From: Victivallis vadensis | Lineage (GTDB): Bacteria > Verrucomicrobiota > Lentisphaeria > Victivallales > GWF2-50-93 | Reading direction: 5' to 3' | Length of the DNA stretch: 64,000 bases | NCBI GenBank assembly: GCA_945883805.1 | Contig: CAMCYE010000007.1 | Coordinates: 9,260 to 73,259 of the forward strand | Part shown: positions 29,597 to 37,222 of the stretch, in pieces | Layout of the letters: every line of letters begins with the position of its first letter | Numbering within the stretch: the first letter of the stretch is position 1 | Made by a program: the position numbers and the translations under genes | The notes under the pieces: model-generated | What the model was told of the DNA's origin: nothing | Database searches by the model: none | What the model saw: only the letters and a program-made list of their open reading frames with translations

Positions 29597-30970
29597 TCAC
29601 CTTGGCACTGGCATGTCCGGCGTTTCCGTCGAAATCCTGAATACTAAATCTTCCTCTTTGGAAATCCCGTTGTTTCTTCCGGGATTCCCTCCATTGTCGA
29701 CACCGTCGGCGCCGACACTGTAAACAAGAATATATTTTTCTGTTTTCCTGTAACGCAGGGGTTTGGCATCCATGGGATCCACAGGGAGGGAATCAATGTA
29801 TTCAGGGACAAGTTCGGCGGTGTTTTCAGGCATTCTTCCGTTTTTAAGCCGGTACGAAACAAGGGCAAGGGAGGTTCTGGCGACTCTGGTTTCAGCGATT
29901 GTCAGGGCCTTTTTGTCAATTGTCGGGAAGAGAAGCGGAAGATAAAGTTTTGCCGCAAAAAGACGGGAGGGAAGATTCCGGATCCTGTCCTGTATGGCTC
30001 CGGTTTTAAACAGCGCCGATTCCGGGGATCCCTTGCAGATGTCGACCAGTTCCGAAACAAAGTTTATGCCGGCAAGATCATTCATCATCCAGAGCAATAG
30101 GATATCGGACATGAACTCAACCGACTTTTTCAAGGCCGCATTTTTTCTGACATGGGGAAAATTGTAATCGACATATTCCATATATTCGTCAAGATAGTGT
30201 CCGGAAAGGATATATGTTCTTTCTCCGGCGAATGCGCGTTCGACGGATTTCATTTCATCAAAACTCGCCAATTTTACGGATAGCTGTTTGAGCTGGTCGG
30301 CATTGAAGTCGCACCTGTTCAATACCCTTTCAATGTTGTCGAGAATGATATGTTCGGTGGCAATCATCACAATGAGTGAATCAATGGTCGGCTCCTTCTC
30401 AAGCGATGAAGACAAAGCCACGCCTGCAAGAATCGCCTTTAATGTTTTTTCAGAATCTCCCTTTTCAGCTTCTAAAACCGCCTCCATCGACAGGAGTCTG
30501 GCGCCTTGGCGAAGATTTGAAAGATAGGCGAGGCGGCGTTCGGGATCTTTTACTTCGACAGGATATCTGCAGGATTTAAATCCTGCCGCCGCATGAAGAA
30601 ACTCAAGGGATGTATGGTTTGCCTGGAGATAGGATTCCGTATTTTTAATTATTTCCTCTGAGAACGGGACTTCCGGAGGTGGAATTTCAACACATCCACC
30701 CCGGATAAACAGATGACGCTCATCAACATTATCGGGATTCCTTTTATAGTTATCAGCGGCTTTCAGATAAAAATCGGAGGCATTCTCTCCAAGTGGCGGA
30801 TCAGGATACCATTTTTCAAGTTCTTCGGGAGTTGCAGGATATCCGGCTTTGCGGATATTGCTGGTTTTAGAGGAAAATTCCATTTTGAGGAAGGAATAGT
30901 ATCCCAGATATGAAATGCCGACGGCGAGGGAAACTATCAGCGCCAGAAATGTTTTCCTTCTGATAATCAT
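29597..30970 (-). CDS. Hypothetical membrane-anchored protein with pseudopilin-G-like C-terminal motif
   Basis: 457 aa with an N-terminal TM segment. C-terminus 'YILVYSVGADGVDNGGNPG' resembles T2SS GspG tails. Its start overlaps the miaA stop by 4 nt. Confidence 0.55.
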   Translation of the reverse strand: MIIRRKTFLALIVSLAVGISYLGYYSFLKMEFSSKTSNIRKAGYPATPEELEKWYPDPPLGENASDFYLKAADNYKRNPDNVDERHLFIRGGCVEIPPPEVPFSEEIIKNTESYLQANHTSLEFLHAAAGFKSCRYPVEVKDPERRLAYLSNLRQGARLLSMEAVLEAEKGDSEKTLKAILAGVALSSSLEKEPTIDSLIVMIATEHIILDNIERVLNRCDFNADQLKQLSVKLASFDEMKSVERAFAGERTYILSGHYLDEYMEYVDYNFPHVRKNAALKKSVEFMSDILLLWMMNDLAGINFVSELVDICKGSPESALFKTGAIQDRIRNLPSRLFAAKLYLPLLFPTIDKKALTIAETRVARTSLALVSYRLKNGRMPENTAELVPEYIDSLPVDPMDAKPLRYRKTEKYILVYSVGADGVDNGGNPGRNNGISKEEDLVFRISTETPDMPVPR

Positions 30971-31881
30971 GTGACAGTGGCCCGTATTTCGCCGACCAGG
31001 TTTTCCAGATTTGCCGGCATATTGAGAGGTTTTGATTCAGGATGCTGGTTTTTGAACCAGGTGATTTGACGGCGGGCGTACTGCCAGGTCGAGGTTATGA
31101 TTCTGGCACGCATGGTTTCATGGTCAATCCCCCCTCCCAGATATTCCGCGATGATTTTATAACCGAGCGCCTGGTGTGCCGTCGGGGAATTTAAAAGCCC
31201 CTGTTTTATCATTTCCTCCGCCTCTTTAATCCATCCGGACTGGAGCATTTTGTCGGTGCGGATTTCAATCCTCTGTTTCAGGGTTTCCCTGTTCCATGTC
31301 AGCGTTCTTGCAACCACATCATATCTGAGGGTGGGGTTTTCTTTCCATGTTTTCTGAAGTTCAGTTATGGACTTGCCTGTGATTTCGAAGACCTCCAGAG
31401 CCCTTATGAGTTTTCGTCTGTGCTGGTTCCACCGTTGAAAATCCTTGGGATCTTTGACGGCCATTAGCTCCTTTAGTCTTTCGAATCCGGATTCACTGTC
31501 GAATTCGGCATCCAGTTTTGTGCGGAGTTCCGGATTTGAGGGGAGGGGATCGAGCCCGTAGAGCAGGGCGCGGATATACATGCCCGTGCCTCCGGTGATC
31601 ACAGGGACATGTCCCCTTTTGCGGATTTCGCAGATCGCCCTGTCTGCGAGTTCGACATAGCTGAATACGTCGAGACGTTCGGAAATTTCAAAAAGGTCTA
31701 TGAGATGATGCGGGATGCTTTTTCTTTCCTGTTCGCTCGGTTTGGCGGCGCCTATGTCGAGGCCTTTGTAGAGTTGCATTGAGTCGGCGGAGATGATTTC
31801 ACCTGAGAAACGGCGGGCTATTTCCATGGAAATATCGCTTTTCCCGCTTGCAGTCGGCCCAGTTATGACGATTAGCTTCAT
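30967..31881 (-). CDS. miaA: tRNA dimethylallyltransferase
   Basis: 'MKLIVITGPTASGKSDISMEIARRFSGEIISADSMQLYKGLDIGAAKP'. Start placed at ATG 31881. The ORF-track extension to 31914 runs into the GGATATT repeat. Confidence 0.9.
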   Translation of the reverse strand: MKLIVITGPTASGKSDISMEIARRFSGEIISADSMQLYKGLDIGAAKPSEQERKSIPHHLIDLFEISERLDVFSYVELADRAICEIRKRGHVPVITGGTGMYIRALLYGLDPLPSNPELRTKLDAEFDSESGFERLKELMAVKDPKDFQRWNQHRRKLIRALEVFEITGKSITELQKTWKENPTLRYDVVARTLTWNRETLKQRIEIRTDKMLQSGWIKEAEEMIKQGLLNSPTAHQALGYKIIAEYLGGGIDHETMRARIITSTWQYARRQITWFKNQHPESKPLNMPANLENLVGEIRATVT

Positions 31882-32021
31882 GATAATCCAAATTGAATAT
31901 CCAATATCCAACACTCAATTTCCAATTTCCATCGGACACTTAACTTGGATATTGGATATTTCCGCCGTGGCGGATTGTATATTGGACATTCTGAGTTGCC
32001 GCTTTTTGCCACCAAGTTGGA
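31882..32021. repeat. Word-stutter hairpin, TCCGCCGTGGCGGA palindrome and degenerate A module (miaA-lspA gap)
   Basis: GAATATCCAATATCCAACA (31895..31913) pairs with TTGGATATTGGATATT (31945..31960). Palindrome at 31961..31974. GAGTTGCCGCTTTTTGCCACCAA at about 31992..32015. Confidence 0.75.
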
Positions 32022-32537
32022 CTATTGTCTGGATCTTGGAGTTTCCGTCCCGGGCTGCGGCCGGATCCAGGAGGAGATTATGAAAATGAAAACACCGACG
32101 CAGATTGCGCTGTCGGCGACATTGAATGCGGGCCAGTGATGGAGACCGTAATGGAAATCAAGGAAGTCAACAACCGAACCGCGCCATATTCTGTCAATGG
32201 AGTTTCCGGCAATTCCTCCTGCAATGAGCGCCATGGAGTAATATCTTTCGGGCCAGCCTTCAGTGATGCGCCGGATAAAAGTCACTATGAGGATAAACAC
32301 AATTATGGAAATAAGGAGCAGTAGCCAACCTTTGCCGGCGAGGATTCCCCAGGCGGCACCGGTATTTTTCACAAAAACCAGGTTGAATAGCCCGGGTATA
32401 ACCTTGATTGAGGAGGAAATGTTATTTTCCACGATTACCTTTGTAATCTGGTCAATAATGAGAATCAGCCCGGAGAGCATCGCACATCTCGTCACAAGAT
32501 GTCTTAGTGCTTTTTCGCTTTGCATGACCTGGCTCAA
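32022..32537 (-). CDS. lspA: Lipoprotein signal peptidase II
   Basis: 171 aa. 'VKNTGAAWGIL', 'GNSIDR' and 'FNVADSAI' are conserved LspA boxes. Confidence 0.85.
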   Translation of the reverse strand: MSQVMQSEKALRHLVTRCAMLSGLILIIDQITKVIVENNISSSIKVIPGLFNLVFVKNTGAAWGILAGKGWLLLLISIIVFILIVTFIRRITEGWPERYYSMALIAGGIAGNSIDRIWRGSVVDFLDFHYGLHHWPAFNVADSAICVGVFIFIISSWIRPQPGTETPRSRQ

Positions 32538-33256
32538 CGGTTGAATTCTGGACGGAGTCCGTTATTCTCTTCCCTTAGAGATTTACATTTTATGCAGAAA
32601 CGGGCATATGGTTTGGCGTCGAGACGTCCACTGGAAATAGAGCATCCGCAGTCAAGGCATTTGCCGAATTCCCCGCTTGCAAGCCTTTCTATGGCTTCAT
32701 CGATCATCTCTATCACTTCAATTTCACTTGACATCATTTCGAGTTCCATCTCATGGAGGAAATTATCGCTTCCGAAGTCGGCCATGTGGTTGGACATGCT
32801 GTTTGAAAGATCTCCGGAGGCTCCTGCGGACAACGCTTCACCGGAATGGAAGTTGATTTGACCATGCATCTGTCTCCGAGCTTCCAGAAGCATGTCATAG
32901 TATTTCTTTTTTATGCCTTTGAATGCGGGAAGTTTCGGGACTGGAGTCGCCCGGATAAGATTTTTTTCAGAGGGAATTTTCTTGAGGTTTTTTGGCCCGA
33001 ACTTATGTGTCTTTGGATTGTAGGGTTTCGAGTCGGTTTTCCTGGGCGCAAGCGCAGTTTTAGTGACGTTTTTTTTGACAACTTTCCGTATGACCGCATT
33101 GACGGAGGTTTTGACGGTTTTCTTTACGGTGCGGGCTGTTTTTTTCACTGGGGCCGCTTTTTTTATCCTGGCTTTGTTCTTGAATGTAACTGGAGCTTTT
33201 TTCGCAGGTTTGGCTTTTGCAGCAGTTTTTTTCTTAGCTTTAGATTTTATGGCCAT
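32534..33256 (-). CDS. DksA/TraR-family C4 zinc-finger protein with Lys/Ala-rich histone-H1-like N-terminal extension
   Basis: C-terminus 'CLDCGCSISSGRLDAKPYARFCIKC' (CxxC-X17-CxxC) preceded by a coiled-coil-like region. N-terminus 'AIKSKAKKKTAAKAKPAKKAPVTFKNKARIKKAAPVKKTARTVKKTVKT'. Overlaps lspA by 4 nt. Confidence 0.75.
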   Translation of the reverse strand: MAIKSKAKKKTAAKAKPAKKAPVTFKNKARIKKAAPVKKTARTVKKTVKTSVNAVIRKVVKKNVTKTALAPRKTDSKPYNPKTHKFGPKNLKKIPSEKNLIRATPVPKLPAFKGIKKKYYDMLLEARRQMHGQINFHSGEALSAGASGDLSNSMSNHMADFGSDNFLHEMELEMMSSEIEVIEMIDEAIERLASGEFGKCLDCGCSISSGRLDAKPYARFCIKCKSLREENNGLRPEFNR

Positions 33257-33506
33257 TGGATCACCTTCTGTTTAGGTAAAAAAACAATAAGTTTTAAATT
33301 TAGGACCCTAATAAATTACTAATAAATTAGGCGCAGAAACTAACATGGATTTGAGATTAGTCAAGAAAAACAAACTAATTTTATATGGAAAACATTGAGA
33401 AGTCAGATTTTAATTTCCCGTTTTTGATTTATCTGTACTTTCTTTTAAATGCAGTGCATGCATCTTGTCTGTGGACATTAAGGACAATCGATTAAAAAAA
33501 ATAAGG

Positions 33507-34139
33507 ATGAAAATGCTGAAAATAAAAAACGGACAGAAAATTCTATTCATAGGAGACAGTATAACCGACTGCGGAAGAAGCAGGGAAAATCCCGGAGTGC
33601 TCGGAAATGGCTATGCGATGATGACGGCTGCGCGACTTATGGTCAAATATCCGGAACAGAACTTCAGTTTCCTAAACTTTGGACTCTCAGGCAACAGGGT
33701 CAAGGATCTTAAGGCGAGATGGACCGAGGACTGTATCAGGCAAAAACCGGACATCCTCTCCATATTGATAGGGATAAATGATACGTGGAGACACTATGAC
33801 AGCAATGAGCCTACGGAGGCATCGGTTTTTGCAGATGGGCTACGCCATATTCTCAAGCGGACAAAAGAGGAACTTGGCTGTCAGATAATCATACTCGAGC
33901 CATTTGTCCTTCCGGTTCCGGCTGACAGGAAGAAATGGCGTGAAGACTTGGATCCGAAAATCAATGCATCCAGGGAGCTGGCCCTTGAATACGCGGATAC
34001 ATATTTGCCGCTTGACGGGATTTTTGCAGCGGCATCATGCAGGCAGAAACCTGCATACTGGGCGGCAGACGGAGTACATCCTACAATAGCCGGACACATG
34101 CTCATTACAGAGAAGTGGATGGAATGCGCGGGTCTGTAG
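33507..34139 (+). CDS. SGNH/GDSL-family hydrolase
   Basis: 'ILFIGDSITDCGR' (block I), 'GLSGNR' (block II), 'DGVHPT' (block V). ATG at 33507 has an AAGGA RBS; the ORF-track TTG at 33465 is less likely. Confidence 0.7.
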   Translation: MKMLKIKNGQKILFIGDSITDCGRSRENPGVLGNGYAMMTAARLMVKYPEQNFSFLNFGLSGNRVKDLKARWTEDCIRQKPDILSILIGINDTWRHYDSNEPTEASVFADGLRHILKRTKEELGCQIIILEPFVLPVPADRKKWREDLDPKINASRELALEYADTYLPLDGIFAAASCRQKPAYWAADGVHPTIAGHMLITEKWMECAGL

Positions 34140-34231
34140 AAGGTCGAATAATCGAACAGCTGAAGGACGAACATTCGAACAGCCGAAGTCAAGAAGAATC
34201 GAAGTAATTTTATAAAAGGGAAAATATAAAA
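34140..34231. repeat. Left 'CGAA-word' array flanking the four-helix-bundle gene
   Basis: GTCGAATAATCGAACAGCTGAAGGACGAACATTCGAACAGCCGAAGTCAAGAAGAATCGAAG (34143..34205). Confidence 0.6.
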
Positions 34232-34591
34232 ATGAATGTCAATATTTATAACCTTGAAGAACGTCTTATCGAGTTTGCTTGTGCAATCGTCGAAATTGTT
34301 GGAATGATTCCAAAAAATCTTATTGGAAACCATTTCTCAGGACAACTGATACGTTCAGGCTCTTCGCCGGCCTTGAATTATGCAGAAGCTCAGGATGCTG
34401 AGTCAAAGAATGATTTTATCCATAAAATGAAAATAGTATTGAAGGAGCTGAGTGAGACATATGTCTGTCTTAAGATTATTGACAGAAAAGTGCTTCCAAA
34501 TTCACCAGAAGTCAAAAAAATACTCGTTGAAAACAATGAACTCATCTCCATCTTTGTTAAAAGTGTAGCAACTGCAAGAAAGAAAGATTAG
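34232..34591 (+). CDS. Four-helix-bundle protein (23S rRNA intervening-sequence protein / Avd family, TIGR02436-like)
   Basis: 119 aa. 'LIEFACAIVEIV...GNHFSGQLIRSGSSPALNYAEAQDAESKNDFIHKMKIVLKELSETYVCLKII' is the family signature. Confidence 0.8.
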   Translation: MNVNIYNLEERLIEFACAIVEIVGMIPKNLIGNHFSGQLIRSGSSPALNYAEAQDAESKNDFIHKMKIVLKELSETYVCLKIIDRKVLPNSPEVKKILVENNELISIFVKSVATARKKD

Positions 34592-34655
34592 TTGTCTATT
34601 CGATATTCGTAGTTCGATTGTTCATCATTCGTAATTCGATGGTTCAGGATTTCCA
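34592..34655. repeat. Right 'TTCG-word' array flanking the four-helix-bundle gene (imperfect inverse of the left array)
   Basis: CTATTCGATATTCGTAGTTCGATTGTTCATCATTCGTAATTCGATGGTTC (34596..34645). For example AGTTCGATTGTTC is complementary to GAATAATCGAACA-type words on the left. Confidence 0.6.
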
Positions 34656-35519
34656 ATGCTCATAGATCTTCACATTCACAGTACGGCTTCGGACGGGACA
34701 AGGAGTCCGTCCGAGATCCTTTCGCTTGCCAGCGAAAGAAAACTTGGCGCGGTCGCCCTGACCGACCATGACACTGTTGCGGGAATTCCAGAATTTCTGG
34801 CTGAATCGGCAAAATATCCCGACATAAAAGTGGTGCCTGGCGTTGAAATCTCACTCAAGCACTATGACTATTCAATCCATGTCGTCGGGCTTTTCATTGA
34901 CCATAAATCAGAGCTTCTAAATGATTTTCTCTGCGGAATCCGCAAAAACAGGGACATGAGAAATGAGATGATTATAATGAAACTCAAAAAGCACGGATTC
35001 GACATAAGTCTTGAAGAAGTCAATGCTGAAGCCGGAGGCGAGTCTGCGGGTCGTCCCCATTTTGCAAGTATTCTCATAAGGAAGGGTTATTTCTCGGAGC
35101 CGCAGGAGGCGTTTGACAAGTGTCTGAAGCGTGGCAGGCCAGGTTACTGCGACCGCATACTGCCATTGCCCGCAGATGCTATCGATGTCATCCACAAGGC
35201 CGGAGGAATTGTAATATGGGCGCATCCGATGAGCTACGTTGACGCCGACAGGCGTGCCCTTTTGAAGATACTGAAATTTCTTATCGGCAAGGGCATTGAC
35301 GGCATTGAAGCGTATTATCCGTCTTTTACGCCCGAACAGAATGCATATCTGCTTTCGATTGCTGAAAAGCACGGCCTTGCCGTTTCCGGCGGCAGTGATT
35401 TCCATGGCGACAACATGAAAGGGATAGACATGGGAACCGGATCGGGAACCCTTGCCGTCCCATACTCGGTTTATGAGAAGCTTGAAGAATTTTCCAAAGG
35501 GAAAAGAAATTCCGCTTGA
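34656..35519 (+). CDS. PHP-domain phosphoesterase (TrpH/YciV-like)
   Basis: 'LIDLHIHSTASDGTRSP', 'ALTDHDT', 'WAHP' and 'GGSDFHG' are PHP motifs. Confidence 0.8.
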   Translation: MLIDLHIHSTASDGTRSPSEILSLASERKLGAVALTDHDTVAGIPEFLAESAKYPDIKVVPGVEISLKHYDYSIHVVGLFIDHKSELLNDFLCGIRKNRDMRNEMIIMKLKKHGFDISLEEVNAEAGGESAGRPHFASILIRKGYFSEPQEAFDKCLKRGRPGYCDRILPLPADAIDVIHKAGGIVIWAHPMSYVDADRRALLKILKFLIGKGIDGIEAYYPSFTPEQNAYLLSIAEKHGLAVSGGSDFHGDNMKGIDMGTGSGTLAVPYSVYEKLEEFSKGKRNSA

Positions 35520-35623
35520 TATATGGGTTGACAATCTTGAAAAATCTCTGTGAAAAACTACTTCAGATATAAATTTCTAAAAAAATACATGATGGCATCG
35601 GGATTCACTGCGATGTTCTTTTA

Positions 35624-35675
35624 GTACGAATTCAGTAAACGAATATAGTTTACTGAATTCGTACCCTTGTTTTTA
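35624..35675 (+). terminator. 17-bp perfect hairpin plus T-rich tail between the PHP gene and pyrR (terminator or attenuator)
   Basis: GTACGAATTCAGTAAAC-GAATATA-GTTTACTGAATTCGTAC followed by CCTTGTTTTTA. Confidence 0.5.
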
Positions 35676-35726
35676 TATCTGGAAATGGAATATTATAGAA
35701 ATTAAAATTTGGTAATAATTTTCCAA

Positions 35727-36296
35727 ATGCAGAAAAACACAAAAACATTGATCTTTGACGATAAGAAAATTGCCGGCGACATAGTAAAGGTTGCAGAGGC
35801 GATACTCTCCGATTTCAGCAAGAAAGATTTGCATGACATTGCCTTCCTCGGGATGCAGCTCAAGGGTGTCCCCTTTGCCAGACGCATAGTCTCATCCATC
35901 AAAGCCATTTCGGGTATCGACATTCCGCTTGGCACCCTTGACATAAGCATGTACCGCGACGACATCGGGATGAGAAAGACGCTTCCTGCAATACATGCGA
36001 CGGATATTCCATTTGACCTGAGCGGCAGGGCGATAATTCTGGTGGATGACGTTCTCCATACTGGACGGACAATAAGGGCGGCGTTGGATGCGATCACGGA
36101 TTATGGCAGGCCGGCAATGATCAAGCTGGCGGTGCTTGTCGACCGCGGACTGAGGGAATTCCCCATACAGGCCGACTATATGGGCGAGATGTGCCATGTT
36201 CCTGAAAATGAACATGTCTCGGTTTCGTGGAAAGAACTTGAAGGGGTGGATGCGGTTTATATGATGCCTGAAAAAAATAAAGGTATGAAAATATGA
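35727..36296 (+). CDS. pyrR: Bifunctional pyr operon regulator / uracil phosphoribosyltransferase
   Basis: '[22 protein letters not shown]' is the PRPP-binding loop. Size is right for PyrR (about 189 aa from ATG 35727). Directly upstream of pyrB with an ATGA overlap. Confidence 0.85.
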   Translation: MQKNTKTLIFDDKKIAGDIVKVAEAILSDFSKKDLHDIAFLGMQLKGVPFARRIVSSIKAISGIDIPLGTLDISMYRDDIGMRKTLPAIHATDIPFDLSGRAIILVDDVLHTGRTIRAALDAITDYGRPAMIKLAVLVDRGLREFPIQADYMGEMCHVPENEHVSVSWKELEGVDAVYMMPEKNKGMKI

Positions 36297-37222
36297 TGAA
36301 ATGGACCAGGAAGGATTTGCTTTCACTTTACGATCTGTCTGCGGACGAGATAAGGGTGATTCTGGACACGGCCGAGGAGTTCAAGAAAGTTTCCGAACGC
36401 AGAGTCAAGAAGGTCCCAGCACTGCGCGGAAAGACGGTGGTTAATTTCTTTGTCGAACCCAGTACTAGGACGAGGGCTTCTTTTGAACTTGCGGAACAAC
36501 GGCTGAGTGCGGACATAGTGAACATGTCGGCATCGACAAGCAGTCTTTCAAAAGGGGAGACGCTTCTCGATACTGTCAAAAACATCGAAGCGCTACAGGT
36601 TGATCTTATTGTGATGCGTCATTCAGCCGCAGGTTCACATAATTTTCTCGCGAAAAGGCTCAAATGCGGCATAATCAACGCCGGAGACGGGGCGCACGAG
36701 CATCCCACCCAAGCTCTTCTGGACATGTTTACAATCATTCAGAAAAAGGGGCGGATCGAAGGACTGAAAGTTGCGATTGTAGGAGACATTCTTCACAGCC
36801 GCGTTGCGAGAAGCAATATATGGGGGCTCCTTAAGCTGGGTGCAAAGGTCACAATCGGCGGTCCTGCAACCCTAGTCCCTAAGGAATTTGCAAAAATAGG
36901 CGTGCGGGTCTGCGATAATTTAAAAGACACCATCGAGGACGCTGACGTTGTTAATCTCCTGCGAATACAGCATGAACGGCAACGTGAATCATATTTTCCG
37001 AGCATCAGCGAATACTCAAATATTTTCGGACTCAACAGGGAAACAATAAAATATCTCAAGCCGGACGCCCTTGTGATGCATCCTGGGCCGATCAACAGGG
37101 GTGTGGAGGTGGAAGCCTCTATTGCGGACGGACCGCAGTCAGTAATTCTCGAGCAGGTCACCAACGGGCTAGCCGTCAGGATGGCGGTTTTGTATCTTGT
37201 GGCAGGCTGCTTAGAGAAGTGA
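36293..37222 (+). CDS. pyrB: Aspartate carbamoyltransferase catalytic subunit
   Basis: '[16 protein letters not shown]', 'HPTQALLD' and '[10 protein letters not shown]' motifs. Confidence 0.9.
   Translation: MMKWTRKDLLSLYDLSADEIRVILDTAEEFKKVSERRVKKVPALRGKTVVNFFVEPSTRTRASFELAEQRLSADIVNMSASTSSLSKGETLLDTVKNIEALQVDLIVMRHSAAGSHNFLAKRLKCGIINAGDGAHEHPTQALLDMFTIIQKKGRIEGLKVAIVGDILHSRVARSNIWGLLKLGAKVTIGGPATLVPKEFAKIGVRVCDNLKDTIEDADVVNLLRIQHERQRESYFPSISEYSNIFGLNRETIKYLKPDALVMHPGPINRGVEVEASIADGPQSVILEQVTNGLAVRMAVLYLVAGCLEK

Noticed and set aside
31882-31914. N-terminal extension of miaA (MLDIGYSIWII) from the ORF track
   Set aside because: It is encoded by the GGATATT word repeat. The canonical MiaA N-terminus (MKLIVITGPTASGKS) starts at the internal ATG 31881.
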